NCBI GenBank assembly: GCA_013265495.1
Contig: MU058636.1
Location: 8,267,425 to 8,331,424, forward strand
Reading direction: 5' to 3'
From: Vicugna vicugna
Lineage: Eukaryota
DNA length: 64,000 bases
The notes beneath the pieces were generated by a model. The model searched no databases. It had not been told where the DNA came from and saw only the letters and a list, made by a program, of their open reading frames with translations. Made by a program: the position numbers and the translations under genes. Of the stretch, positions 23,331 through 37,544 are shown piece after piece. Numbering within the stretch: the first letter of the stretch is position 1; each line of letters opens with the position of its first letter.

Positions 23331-23759
23331 ACAGCTTTTTTTTTTCATATGACAGTTGAAATAAGTACCTTGTGAAAAGTATGGCAGCTTTTAACATCTT
23401 CCCCACAATAAAGACAGTAGTAGACAGCAATTACAAATATTAAAAAGGAATGAAATACTCTATAGATATGTCAGTTGAAGTCACTGTATTATTCACACAT
23501 CAAACCATTTTAGAATTTACTTTGTGCTAGGTCACATATTAGATACAACAGAGATACCCTCCACCCTTGACAGTCTCCTTCCCCGAATAGATAAGTAAAC
23601 AATAGAAACACTTAAAATACAATATTATATATTCTACAATAGAGAAAGTAATCATTACAAAAGATAATGATCATGTGTTGTCAAACTCTATTTAAATACA
23701 TCTGAATTTATTCTAGTACCTCAAATTATATTTAGACATTACTTGTCTGGCATAATGAG

Positions 23760-23990
23760 AAATGTCTTGGTGTTATGGAAAAAAGCTATTGGACCTGGTG
23801 CTAGAGGTGAGTTTGAATCCAGGCTCTATCACTTACTTATCGTTGAACCTTGGGCAGTTGCCCAGCTGAGTGTGTTTTCCCAATTATAAAATGAAGCTAA
23901 TGCTAACACGTGTGTAAAGTAGTTTTTATGATTGAGAAAAGAATGTTTAAAAGATCTCTGTAAAGTGCTACCAAGTGTAAAATATTATTA
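23760..23990 (+). mobile_element. MIR SINE
   Basis: gtttgaatccaggctctatcacttact...ccttgggcagtt...tataaaatg, the MIR core. Confidence 0.75.
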
Positions 23991-24779
23991 ATAAACCTAA
24001 AGTAGATTGTGTCATGGTAGTTCTAGTTCATAACATGTGAATTGATTTAAGCATTAATAGCATGTTAGTTATCACTCAAATTTGTTTCACTTTGGCTTTA
24101 AAAAGCAGTCAGTTCAAGAATATACTCAGATAAAATGTGTACCATATAGGCGTGATTAGAATTTGACCCAATTACTTATAAGCTTAGCAGCTTGCTGAGA
24201 GCTGAGCTTTCCTTCACGGCTGTGGGGGAACATTAGAGATAATATATTACCAGTCCCTCAGTATCAATAATGAAGCAGACTCAAAGCATGTAAGTGACTC
24301 TCCCAAGTTTGCACAGCTGGGTGGTGTAAGGGCTTGGTAGGACTGTGATCCAGATGCATGGACTCTGAGATCGTGGGATTTTCGATATATAATTCTGCCT
24401 CTCTGGTTTGTCTATGGTTGGAAAGTATCTTCATAACACTGTCACTTATTATATTAGAAGAAGTCCGAAACTCTGGTTCCAAGAAATCTACTTTCATATG
24501 AAGTATGCTATGAAAGTGATATGGATGAACTTGGAAATGCACTAATAGAAATGAACTGATGAGAAATCTCACAGTGTTTGCTGTATGACACACAAAATGA
24601 AATGGCAATGATCTTAATTGTTTTGAATACGATTTCCAATTTAAGTGGAAATGTGTAGATATGGGATAATTTAGAGGAATTTTTATGGCTTGACAGCTCA
24701 ATTTGGATATATCTAAATTTAATGAGCCTGAAACTGAAGCTATCTATTTCTTCAAATGAAATCCCCCCCAACTCCTAAT

Positions 24780-25702
24780 TGTCCTCTCTACCATGGCTGC
24801 CAGATGCAGTGATGCCTTGTCATCAGAACAATTTTTCTGCCCACTGGCAGCATCCTGTCTCCAGCACCTTTGCCTCTGCTTGATGACTTCCTCCTGCATC
24901 TGAGAATTTGCTTAGCTGCAGGCAGGTGCAACCTAAGGCAACCTTCAAACAATGGTCAGGGCTAGAAATCAGTGCAAAATGCCCCAGGTCCCCCATCCTT
25001 GATGATGGAGTGAATGATTCTGAAGTGTTTCCACACGTATCTGTGTAGGCAGAACAGTGCCCACCCTCCCCACGCAAAAGATGTCCACACCCTAGTCCCT
25101 AGAACCTATGAATATGTTACTTTACATGGTAAAAGAGACACTGCTGTTGATGTGATTAAACCAAGGATTTTAAGATGGGGAGTCATCCTGAGTTATCTAA
25201 GTGGTCTCAATGTAATTATGAGGATTCTTATAAGGGAAAAGAGGCAAGCAGGAGAGTCAGAGAGGGAATGTGATAATGGAACCAGAATGATGCCATGGCC
25301 TGAAAGGAGCCATAAGCCAGGGAGTATGGGCTGCCTCTAACACCTGGAAAAGCCAAGGACTTTCCCATATGGCCTCTAGAAAAGATGGATTCTGTTGACA
25401 CCTTGATTTCAGGTCTATAGGACCTGTTTTTATGCCTCTGACCTCCAGAATTGTAGGATAATAAATTTGTGTTGTTCAAGGCACTAAGTTTGTGGTAGAT
25501 CTGTTATACCAGTGAAAAAAACCCAATAGGGTGTCTCAGAGTTCCCCAGGAGCACTGAGTTGCCAACGGCAGGAACTCACGTTCCGTTCACCGGCTTCTG
25601 TCCCTTTTCTGTATCACTCTCTCTCATGTGCGCTTCCAGGAATCACGCTCAAAAAACCACCTCCCCCTCAGGATCTGCTTGTGGGAAAACCAAGACTAAG
25701 AC
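24780..25702 (+). mobile_element. ERVL solo LTR (LTR16-like) split by an MLT1 insertion
   Basis: 3' end ctcaggatctgcttgtgggaaaaccaagactaagac matches LTR16-type termini. The sequence continues across 25043-25530. Confidence 0.6.
25043..25530 (+). mobile_element. MaLR solo LTR (MLT1C/D-like)
   Basis: aaagatgtccacaccctagtccctagaacctatgaatatgttactttacatggtaaaag...aataaatttgtgttg...actaagtttgtggta; near-TSD gtatc/gtgtc. Confidence 0.88.
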
Positions 25703-26109
25703 GTCATTTTCATCGCTGTCTCCTTGCTTTGCCAACTTTTTTCTTTCTGCTCAGAAAGCTCTTCCTCTTCTTCTCACCTTCTGGTTCCATTTTTCACAAG
25801 ACCATCTTGGGGATTTCCTCCTGCTCCAGCCTACAAAGCCGTCTTCTTCTCTTACCCTCCTTTGCTCCTGTCGTGAGTATGATTCTTATTCTCTAAATGT
25901 TTTACATGATTTTTCTATTTACTCATCCAGTCTACATTCAAGATGCTCAAAGCCTCCTTTTTTTTTTTTTTTTTGAAAATGGACCATGTCAGATGAATGA
26001 GGCTGCCTGAACCAAGTAAGAACTTTAGTCAGTCTCATCAGACTTAAAGGTAAATGATTGAGGGTCTTTTATATTCTTCCAGCTTTGGAACCGGAAAAAA
26101 AAAAAAGCC

Positions 26110-26990
26110 CCTTTCCCAAATCCTGCCCAACTGGAGCTTACATACTTGGTGTATGTGTGTCAGCACACAGACAACAACAAAATAAAGAAGTAAGCTGTCT
26201 AGTATAGTAGGTGGGGACAATGACTAAAGAGAAGACTAAAGCAGGAGGAAGAGGATGGAGGTGGGTGTGGGATAGTTTTAAACAGTGGGTCAAGGGAAGG
26301 CCTTTCCTCGCTGAGGAAGGTAAAGACTTTGAAGGACGAGAGGGACTAAACTCAGAGGATATCTTCTAGAATGTTTAAGGCGAAGATGATAGTGGTGAAG
26401 GAGCCCTAGACTGAGGATGTGTTTGAGGAACAGGAAGGAGCAGAGGGCCCTATAGCAGAGAGGGCGAGGGGAAAGTGGTAGGGAGTAAGGTCAGAGAGTT
26501 CATGGAGGGGAAATGCACTGCTCATTTGCCCAGGAGATTCCCAATCCATGCCTCTTGTCCTCATATATTTATCAGCAGTGCCTTCTTTTCCGCTCTACTC
26601 TTAGGCCATTGTAGGGCTTGGTGTCTGTGCTGAGCATGATGTTAACTCATGAAAGGGTGTTCTTATTCGAGGAATGGCATGATTTGATTTACACTCTATC
26701 AGGATCAATCTGGCTGCTGTGTTGAAAATGAGAAGAGAGGGGTGCTTCTGTTTTGCGGGGACACTGGGAAGGAAACAAAGTCATCAGTGGATATGAGGAG
26801 CGGCAATAAGAAGTTGGAAGTTTGAGGAGAAAGTTGTGGAATGGCTGGAAATTGAAATTTGGTAGGTCTGCAAATATTGGTAATGACAAATTCTAGGCTA
26901 TGACCATGAGAGTAAGTGGTTGAGGCAGCAAGAAGGATGAGACCACTGGAGGAGAAGAGAGGCGAGGTACCGAGAGTGCTGGAGGGACAT
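26110..26990 (-). mobile_element. L2 fragments
   Basis: Purine-rich antisense L2 motifs (ggtcaagggaaggcctt, aggatcaatctggctgctgtgttgaaaat). Confidence 0.65.
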
Positions 26991-28167
26991 CTGTATTCAC
27001 ATAAATACAATTAGAATCATTTTAGAAGGTCTGTATGATACAATAATGGCAATTAATAATGAATGCTCTCCAATATAGAATAAAATCTCAAATGTGATTT
27101 TCTGGCATGGTGTTCAAATGCCATCTGCAAATAAATAGAAGAGAATTGAAGAGATTAAAGTTACAAATGAAAGGTCAAGGGAGGCAGTATGGGGCAGGGT
27201 CAATTTTTATGTCAGCGCAATAGAGTCACCAATAAAATGTCTCCTCTGTAAATAAAATTCGCTGTACTGGTTCATTATAGTCCTCCTATTTCAAAAACAA
27301 CTGGCAGCAAAAGGGGAAAAAAAAGCATTGGATTTAGTTTTCCAGTGAAATTGCACATTATAATTCAGTTTCCAAGCAATTTGTTCTGAAAACTTGGAAA
27401 AACAAGCATGGCATTAATAAACGTGGGATCTGGGTAATCATGGTAATCAAAGAAGACCCACATCGTCTTTTATAATTTACTGAGTTACCACGTGCAGGGT
27501 TTGTGTGCTCTTCATGGGGTTATGTTGTTACAGCCATAAACAACCTTTGAGATGGGTGTGTTTATCTACATTTTGGGTGACAAACTAAATTTCAGAGAGC
27601 TTAAGTGACTTTCCCAAGTGACTCCACCACTTCTATCTGATTCTAAAATTTATTCATTTATTTAATCAACAATCCATTATGTGGCTATGCTAAACAGCAG
27701 GGTGGGCAAGCCTCCCCCCCCCACCCCAGTCCCTGCCCTCATATAGGCTACAGTCTATCAGGAGAAAATATTTATGAAACATTTCAAATATTGTAAAATG
27801 ATAAAGAATCTATTGCATTCATGTTATCAGAGAAGAAGGACTTGACAAATTAATTGATTTACTTAGCTCTAACCTAAGAGTTTTTGTTGCTTAAATCCTC
27901 TCTGCATTCTGAAGCAGCAGTGTCCTTCTCCGGCTGTTAGCGGTGGTATAAAGTATCTATTCATGGCATTTGGAGGCCAGTAGCTTTTGTTTTGAGGACG
28001 TATTGGAAGAGACGTGGAGGAATGTTCCCCCAGGGCCTTTTGAGTGTTGAGGAGGGAGTGGATGTTTAGGGAAATGAGTTGTACTGTGCTAGGGTGAAGT
28101 GCCTATTTTAGTGACAGAAGCTTCCATGTGTTTCTTAATATGTTTTGTATGTACATGCATATATATG

Positions 28168-28195
28168 TTTGTGTGTGTGTGTGTGTGTGTGTGTG
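28168..28195. repeat. (TG)n microsatellite
   Basis: Direct reading. Confidence 0.95.
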
Positions 28196-28329
28196 GTATG
28201 GGGAAACTTCCAAAGTGAGGGGCCCTGCGGAGGTCCCTCTCCTGGAATAGTACTCATAGCAAATATAACTGGAGGGGTATGTAGAACCTTATCATGACCA
28301 CATCCTAAATTTTGGTTTTCATCGTAGAA

Positions 28330-28900
28330 ATAGTGGGATGCTGTTGACATTTGTTAGATCACTCTTGTTGCACTGTGGGAAAGAGACTGAGGAGAAATAA
28401 ACATGATTTGCCAGGAAACAAGCTATTACACTATTGCAAGAGAAAATGGTGGCTTGGACCAGGGAAATGGAGATAGATAGAGATGCAGAAATATCTATTG
28501 ATTCAGTATTTAGGAGATAAAATAAACAGACTTTCTGATACACTGTGTATGAGGATAAAGGAATGGAGGAATCCACGACCACGGTGCAAGGATGGATGGT
28601 GGCACCATTTCTGAGGTGGGAAACACTGGAAAAGGACCAGGTTGTTGTTCAGGTTAGGACTGTGTTAAACTTTGGGGAGGAAATTACGGCTTTAACCTTT
28701 GAAATGTTGATTTTGGGAAAATTGAGTGGAGATACCAAATAGTCAATTGGTTATAAGGGTCTGAATTTCAAAGAAATATACATGTAAATGTGAGCCATCC
28801 ATGTGTAGGTGGTAACTGGAGTCATGGACACAGAAGAGCTTGCCTAAGAAGATACAAAGAGAACTGAGCACTGATAACTTAGCACTGAAGAGCACTAGCT
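28330..28900 (-). mobile_element. L2 fragment
   Basis: atggtggcttggaccaggg, ggatggtggcaccatttctgagg and ggtaactggagtcatgga motifs. Confidence 0.7.
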
Positions 28901-29049
28901 CAAGGCTGAGTGTTTCTCACTATTCCCAGTGCTACCGATTCCAGGCTAAAATGCCATCACCTCTCACCTGGCTTGCAGCATCAGCCTCCTGACTGGTCTG
29001 GAAGTGACAGTGGAGAAGCAATCGGATTAAACAAGATTTTCCCCTCACT

Positions 29050-29275
29050 ATTCTGAGGAACTGAGAGGCTAAGAAATCCAAGAACAAGGTACTGGCCAAT
29101 TTGGTTCCTGGTGAGAACCCTTTTCCTGGCTTACAGATGGCCACCTTCTTGCTTTATCTTGACAGAGAAAGAGGATGAAAGCTCCCTCATATCTCCTTTT
29201 ATGAGTACACGAATCCCATTCATGAGAGCTTCACCCTCATGACTTAATTTCTGCTCATACAAAAGCAATTCCTGA
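29050..29275 (-). mobile_element. MLT1A/B LTR fragment
   Basis: ttcctggcttacagatggccaccttcttgct...aatcccattcatgagagcttcaccctcatgacttaat. Confidence 0.8.
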
Positions 29276-29514
29276 TGGCCCAGTGCCAGAGTTTGAAAAG
29301 TGAAGCAAGTATGATTTGAATTTTTGGTATTAACCAATGAAAATAAGAATGAAAAGTGTGGCAGTTTAGTGTCACCTCTCTCTTTGAGGGAAGATACCGG
29401 GCAGAGTGTCCAGATGACGTTTTTCCCATGATAAATCTGAATGTAGCTCTTCTGCGTTCTATCCATCAGTGTTCCAAATTTGGAACCAAAAATTTACCGA
29501 GTAACTTTTTATGC

Positions 29515-29635
29515 TAGTGGTTATCAGACTTCAGTGTGCATGAGAAACAGCTGGAGACCTTCAAAGTACAGGTTTCCACAATCCACCCCAAAGTTTCCGA
29601 TTTGCAGCATGAGGAGTGGGGCCTGTGAAGCACCT
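29515..29635. mobile_element. hAT-Charlie relic (MER5-like)
   Basis: agtggttatcagacttcagtgtgcatgagaaacagctggagacctt...tggggcctg. Confidence 0.55.
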
Positions 29636-31599
29636 GGACAAACGTGGGGGCAGGGTTGTTCTGTGCGGCGGGCACTGTGCTATGTCTGGTGGTGCACATG
29701 CAGATAAGAAATGGTCCATGCTCCCAAAGGACTTAAAATAATTTCAATATAATATGGTAACAGAACCTCTCCAGCATTTCACGTAGCTCCAAGCAGAATA
29801 TTTATTTGAAATTAAATATAATTAAAATACACTATATGTAATACAACTGCTTTTTTGCACCTGCATAAACTTCCCTGCTAGACCTTCATTTTGGATGATT
29901 CTATCATGATTTTCGGTTGGTACTATGTTACACAAATATGGGATTGTGTCACCATCTGATGTTTAGAGTTTCTGAATGTTAGCTCTAAATGGATTTGGCA
30001 TTCCACATTTGGTGGCTGTTCCATTATTGTGCCTTTTAAAGGGGAGTAATTTGGGATCTATATTTGATTTCTGATTATTATCTTAAGTATTCAAATATTT
30101 TGAGAAGTCTCAGAGACTTGTTTATGTTACAAAGACCATCTGAGGAAGAGAGAGTAGTTCAACAGCTGTATATTTGATTTTCGTCTCCCATAGATCAATG
30201 AGTTACTTTACCACCTGAAATCTAGGTCATTCTGAAGGAATTGTCTGTACATGTTGATGGAGGAAATGTTTTTTCCTGTCATGACTCAGATTGGAAGATG
30301 ACAGGATGAGAAATTTCAGACTAAATGTGGTTTTAAATGTTTCTCATTTACAATTCCTTGGAAAAATTAATCTATTCATTAAATACAGATGATTATCTCA
30401 TCATCAAGAGAACAATTTCCTTACTGGGAAATTTCTAGTTCTAAAGAAGTCCAGTTCTAAAGAAGTCTTCATCTGAGTGTCAAGAGAGGACCCAGCAAAC
30501 TGACAAAAGTTGGACAGAGTGAAGTTTGGTTAGTGAGTGAGGGTGGGAGATGAAGAAGAATGTCTAGACATCTGGATAAACGTATCCAGGAAATGAGAGA
30601 ATGATAACAGTGATTCTAGTCCAGTGAGGAGAATCAAAAGAGAGAGCAGATGTTTTAAAACTGATTAACTTCATTTGGATGGAAATTGTCATGCTACTTG
30701 CAGACATAGTGGGCTTCCTTCTCATTGGCAGAGTTGTCTGGAGACCAGAAGAGGGCACAGGAGCTTCTTCAGGAAGGGCTGTGATGCCTCTGGGGCGGGC
30801 ATGGTCTGTAGCCTGCTGAGCTGTGGGTGAACACGTCTGACATTCAAGGACATACCTTATGTAGGTAATCTGGAGGTGATTACAGCGTGAGCCAGTAATA
30901 CATAGTCTCAATTAAAATTCAATGCAATATGTTTCTAAGTAAGATATAGTTAATAAATTGGAACATTCATTAAGTTGTCAGTCTTTTACTATTTAATTGA
31001 CAAGTTCACTACAAAACATGGACTGTTGTAGATAGTAAACATATTGAACTCCAGTCCTCTCCTCTACCTACTATGTTTGGCTGTAAGACCCAGAGTACAG
31101 GACCGTTACTTACCCTGCTCTGAGCTCCCCAGTAAAGCGTGACATAGCAAGTCGGTGGGGACTAACTTCTCCCCTACAGTGTTACTGTTAGCCTCACTGT
31201 CTCCATCTTATGTTCACTTTACAGGAAGCTTGGAATCCTTTAGATAATTCTGTGGCAGAAACTTCTGATTACTTTTTAAATCCAAGAAAGATAGTTGAAA
31301 TAAATGCTAGATTGTTGTCGTTTATTTCAGGCTGCATCTTACGTCAGTGTATTACCTCTTTGAATGAGAAGGGGAAGCTATACAACTTTTCAGCCTCTAT
31401 TTTAGTCATTTTCATAGTGTGATTTCATTACTGTTTTCAAAATAGTGCAAATTACAAACATGTCAAACATACACACACAAGTAAGTACAAAAGGACATTC
31501 TAAATTACAATGGAATATGATTAGAAATTACAGTATTGTAATATCGGGGTTTTTTTATGCCATAGTTTCTCTCCAATAGTTTTTGAAATCTAGTCTTAA

Positions 31600-31622
31600 C
31601 TATATATATATATATATATATA
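31600..31622. repeat. (TA)n microsatellite
   Basis: Direct reading. Confidence 0.95.
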
Positions 31623-33849
31623 CACATACAAATTCTATATAGTCATATTCTTTATATATTACAGTGGAAATAGATAACAGTTAATATACATTATACGCTT
31701 AAATAGTTACACAACCTTGCACAAGTCACCTAACTGTCCTGCCAGAAAAAATTTTTAAAAAGCAGTCAGTCATTTAGATATTCCTTCAAATTATTTGATA
31801 TTGCTTGTCAGTATCAAAATTAGCTGTTTGGTGTGACAAAGATTTTGGAATTATAAATTTTGAGTGGATTCTGAGAGGTTTTCAAATATAGTAAAATTAC
31901 CTAAAAATAATTCTTTTATGAGCATTTATGAGGTTATTCTCAGGGAAACTGAAGCTCAGAGAGATTAATATGCTAAGGTTACACAATGAGGGTCTGAGAT
32001 TTTAACCACTTCCTTTTCTGTTTTTTTTTTTTCCTTTCTTTTTCTGTCTCCTAGAGCTTTTAAGAATTTTATGAATAATCAATCATTCAGTTAATACTCA
32101 TGATCTGTTGCCTATGTGACTTTAGACAAATGTAAAAAGCATGTTGTTTTGCAGAGACAGACATCACTGATTATTTAGGTCATCATTCCAATCACTCTGT
32201 ATCCTGTTCTAACAGGCGCTTACCATGGCGAGACAAAGAAAATGTGTTTTGGAAGAAGACAGATTTGGTGTGGAACCTCTTCTGTAAAATGCAAATAAAA
32301 AACTGTACTTTTCAGGGCTTTTGTGAAAATCTTAGAGTCCGCAAAATTATTGAATCCAGCACCCCACTTTGTTCCCTCTGCCACTGGCTTCCATCCCAGA
32401 GTCCTTTGTCAGAGGCATATTTCTCCTCAAGGAGCCTGAATTTCTCTTGTTAAGGCAAAGAAAAAGCCACTGATCCACAAGGAAATGTTACAAGGAGTAA
32501 ATTTTTGTGCTTGCAAAAATATTTGCATTTTAAAAGAGGACGGAATGGGGAGAGCATTTTTTTTTAAAGTAATCGATAATGATAGAATACGGGGAGCCAG
32601 GAAGATGAAAACTAATAGGCCAGTTTTCCCTTCCTAGTGTTCGCCAAATAACACTAAGCCAGCCACTGAGCCATCTGGTTGCACGATCAACCCTCCTTGA
32701 GGTGTAATGATTCTGATCAGGAAAGCAGCAATGAGCTGATAGCACTTTATCTTCAATTTAAGGAAACCAGAAATTTCAATTATACTTCAAGTTGCCTAAA
32801 TCAATGCCCATAGATAGCAGCTATATAGCAGTTCCTTCTTTATTAGCTATAGTCTTAGAAAATAGTTTGGATGTGCAGGTGACTAGCTGTTTCAACCTTG
32901 TAAGAATGTTGAGTCAGCAAAATAAGCTACATCCTTCCCCATCTTTCAGTGTGGCGTCTCTGGGTCTGTGGGGCTTGCTGGTGGGTTTGCAAGGGCCACG
33001 TTTCTGATAAATACTAAGCCGTTATTCTCAAATGTCAGCGTTTACTTTTGGATGCAAAGCTTTGTGTACCATACAGGCTATAAGTGAATGTTAAACCCTT
33101 TAAGCTTTTTGACTTTTCTTTCCAAACTTTTTGGTGTCCCTTTGTGTGTCTTGTGGCACAATTTACTGTTTTTGAAGAGGAGTTCAGTGGTTGGGGCGGC
33201 AACTAAACTTGGACTATGAGAGTTCGGTATAGATCTGGGTTCTAGGGCTGTAAATAAACCGTCTTTGTCTCATTCAAACATTGAAGGCAATGGTAATTTA
33301 ATGAAAGCAAATAAATCCAGAAACCTGAACAAACTCTAAAACTCATGAATGTATAATATTTTGTATGGAAAGAGGTGCTTATTTTAACTGCAAGCATTTT
33401 TTTTGCATGAAACATTTTGAAAAATACACAAGTTATCATTTTTTTCCAAAAATTTTTAGAAGAGTATTTTTGCAAAAATTCTACTAACAACATGTACATA
33501 TTTTACACATATTCCCATTATGTGATATGAAGGCACACGTTGGGTTTGAAAGCCAAGGCCAGGGGAAATGATTGTGAAAACTTGATTTCGGTCAGACAAA
33601 TGTGGGTTTACTTAGGAAATTTGCGTTTTTGCTGAAAGGCTGGCTTACAGTATCTTCCTACTTAATTCTATTCACTGAGTTAGGTGATTTCTAGGTCTAG
33701 TTCAGTCTGACATTCTCCAAAATTTTAACCCTTATACATAGCTCTCAGAGAAATTATAATCCTTTCTTCCCCCTATCTATCTTATCTTAGTTATGTTTGC
33801 TGATAAATGGAATCTTAGAAATGATATCACAAAGGCAGAATATCTGTGG

Positions 33850-34080
33850 CTTCAAGGCCTTTGGAGTCAGGAGTCTAACACTGAATCCCAGCTCTGCCTT
33901 TGATAAGCTGTGTCACAGTGACCAAGTTATTCAATTTTGGCAAGCCTCAGTTTGCTCATCTGCAAAATAGAGATAATAATACTTTGTACCTCCCAGGATT
34001 CTTATGAGAAGTAAATGAGATATTGCATGTGTAAAGCATGTAGTAACCAGAACATATTAATTCCATAAATGATGATAGTA
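33850..34080 (+). mobile_element. MIR SINE
   Basis: ggctttggagtcag-like start, gaatcccagctctgcc, gcctcagtttgctcatctgcaaaatagagataataat. Confidence 0.85.
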
Positions 34081-37000
34081 GTGATAATGATGATCTAAAT
34101 TAGTATATTAATATTATAGACTGTTTGCAAAGGAAACTTATTCCCTGTCCTCAAGGTGATAAGACAAGTTTACTGCATCAGTTTATTCTTATTTCTATCT
34201 GTGAATAGCTATTTAGGACAATGAGTAATAGGCATATATGTTTTATTATTTATTCTGTTAAGATTTGGATTCAGGACTTTCTTTATTCTTCTGTACATCT
34301 TAAATAAATGGTAATTTAAATGGGTGGCTTTTCCCTCAACCTGTAAAAGGCCGATCTTTAGATCTGAATTTCAGATGCAACCTTCCCTAAGATATCATTT
34401 GTCACATGGCCCTGGCAAGGCTTGGGTAAACATTTGTTCATTGGCTAATATCAACTTCCCTCAAGTTGGCAAAATCAACAAATAATGTCAGAAGTAAGCA
34501 GTTTTGTCATCTCATTTGAATTAGATCGATGACATTCATGAAGATTTTTTGAGTATATATATTATGAATATATATATATATATATTCTCCAAATTGTTTG
34601 TTTCATCCAATCCCAACTAAAACAAAGGTTGTCTAAAAAAGTACTTGGTAAAATAACGAATAGCTATACTTAGCAAACTTTGTAGAGGACATACGCCTGG
34701 TGTGCTTTTTTTCTCATGGCTTGCAAGCTATTAAGGAAGAGCAGAGAGAGTCTCTCACTAGTGGCTGGAGGGAAGTCTGCTCTCACTTGGGTAGCATGGC
34801 GGCCAGAGCGTGGACTCCCAAGGCATTGCTGGCTCCACTCAGTCTCATACTGTGAGACATGTGAAAAGGGCACACTTGTCTTTCCGGATGGCTTCAAAAC
34901 CCCTCTCCCACCTCAGACAGTGTGTGTATCTACTTGTAGTCTCTGACTCATATGTTTGGGTGAACTTTTTTTTGTACTCAGCTAAATAGTAACAACAAAA
35001 ATCTTTCCAGGCAGAAAATGAGCATCGTTGTGGGTGCATTGTTTCTTGTTTGGAGGCCATTGTATTCTCTGGGTTCTAGAGTTATGGGCATATTTTGAAG
35101 GATAGCCTGGCTGGGCTTTGGTTAGTCCTTAGCAGAAGGGTACAACACAGACCTGTTCATAGAAAACCATCCCCACCTATTCTTTTCTGGAAAGAACAGT
35201 TCTATCAGAAGTACCATTTTTACTTTCACACCTACCATCAGTCTCAGTAGATGAAAGGGGCAGGTAACATTTATTGAGTGTGAGTACCTGCCATAAATTA
35301 CACTAGCTCTTAATAAACTTGACTTTAATTATTCATGGGACGCTGACATTGTTATATTACTGCATTCATTTTAAGAAACACAGCAGAAGCTCAGAGAGTT
35401 AATGTCCCCTAAAATCAGCATATTTGAGACAGTACAAACCTAATCCAAATTAACTTTAACCTAAAAAAGAGAATTTGGGAGGTGTGTGCCTGGGGAGGGT
35501 AGGGGTGGAACTAAAAACAAGCACAAATTCATTTCATCGTGTTTTCTCAAACTCTCATTCCCACTTGCCCTCTTTCTTCCTCTCCAGCCTTTTTCTCAGC
35601 TGCATTTCCCTCCATGAGTCAGCCTATTTCTTTGTCACTACACATGGGCCTCCTCCGTTAGAGGCAGCTGATAAGGGGGCTGGAAGTTGAGTTGCTATTA
35701 ACTATGGGAGACCTTGGTCGAAAGCTCTCAGGAGCCTGATCTGTCCATTGAAGGGCTGGGACTGAGGTGCCCCTCCTGCTGTCTTCCTTAGGTGCCCACC
35801 CAGGGACTGTGCACATCCTTTTTTCTCACCTAGTCTTGTTTTGCTACCATATTTTTTCCCTAGTGATTCTTGATTTGTCCGTAACTCCAGGCACTAACAC
35901 CAGCAAAGAGGACTGAACTGCAATAGCCTGCCTGAGTTTTCCTGTTTGAAATTTTAAAAAAAGCTAAGTTCTGAACCTAAAAGGGAAAACAAAATGGAAA
36001 ATACAAAACACTATTATCAAAGAACTCACAAATCATTACTCCACACATCTGTCCTGGGGAAATTTTGGAAGAATGAAGACAAGTCGTTGAGCTGAGCTTC
36101 AGTTGATTGAAATTTACTGCTTATTTCCAGTTGGCTTTGACTTCGTGCTTTGATAAGTGGAAATGAGAATTTCTAGGCTTATTTCAAGTTGAGAAGGCGG
36201 TGACTGATCGGCACCTGGATGGGCACCTGCTTATACCTTCTCCAACTCATGCAGCCTGGCAGGAGGCTCCTTCAGCTTAGCCCTCCAGGAGGGAGTGTTT
36301 CTCCTAATGTTTGGCGGGAGAAAAAAACACTTCAAGGAAAGGGCTCTGGTTGACCATCTTGGATAACATGCCTGTTTCTGGACCCACTGCTGCATTTAGG
36401 ATCATTGGATACTATGACTGGTCAGGCCTGGGTCAGCTCAGAGGTTCCTCTTGTTGGGCTGTGTGCACATCATAAGGCTTGGGGGAAAGCTGATATAAAG
36501 GTAAGGCTGAAAATGATGTTTTGAGCTCCACTGACTCTTTAAAAAACAGTTTTGGCATGTTTTAGTGGTAATGAATAACTATTACAATGTGTCTAAAGAT
36601 TTAACAATTGATTTGTTATAAAAATGACTACTTAATTCCAGTCTTGTAACTTACTGCTCACGTGAATTTTTAGAGGAAATAAGATACATCTTCCAACAAA
36701 CGTACTTTGGGTTGTAGCATCGATCACCACAGAAGAAAATTAAAACTCAAAAGCTCTCCTGAGAGGAAATCCTACTCCAACTTGTAGGAAGAAAACGTTA
36801 CTCTGTGGATCATTAATTACAAGAGAGCAAAGTCAATTTCAAATAGAGTCCTCATCCAGGCATTTTCATAGAAACTGTTTTTCCACTGACATTTAATTTT
36901 TAGATAGGAAGGGAAACTAAAACCTTTTTTGAGTGAGGGAGAGTGATTTCGGATTATAATTACTGCTGTTACTGATGCTTTTTCTGTAAAGACTTTTTAA

Positions 37001-37544
37001 AAATGAAAGACTTTTCCTAGGAATTGTTGCTCAGGGAATGTAACTGAGCATGAAAAGAGCCAGAAGGGACTGGTCAGATCCTAGACTCCATGTGTACCTT
37101 GAAAATAGGATTTGACAGCTTCTTATGTTTTTTTTAAATACAATTCTTGTTCCAAATGAATGTTGTAAATGAAATTTCCCCCAGTTTTCAAGGCAGGATA
37201 TCTTTTCCACAAATAATCACTCTTCAGCCATCATCCGGAGGAGGCTAGCAGACCAGACCCTGAAAACTCAGACTGCTCTGGAGAAATCATTAACCGACCA
37301 TAACTGTGGTCAGACTGAAGACAATCTGAGAGCGTAGCCTTGTCCAAAATATCCATTTGGGCCATCTGACATGTCCTGGCAAGGGAGGCAGTTGTTCTTT
37401 CAGAGCTAAGATGTAGAAGACCCTCGATGCTAAGCTATCTACAGGCACGAGCAAGAGCAAGGTGGACTCTGACTTGCTTCTGTGCTGTCTCATCTGGTCC
37501 TGTCACTTTGACTGCCCCCCCCCCGAGAACTTATTTCTGAAATA

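Noticed and set aside
24264..24771. 145-aa minus-strand ORF and semi-open frames
   Set aside because: They overlap MIR and L2-like sequence, have no splice-phase partners and no recognisable domain.
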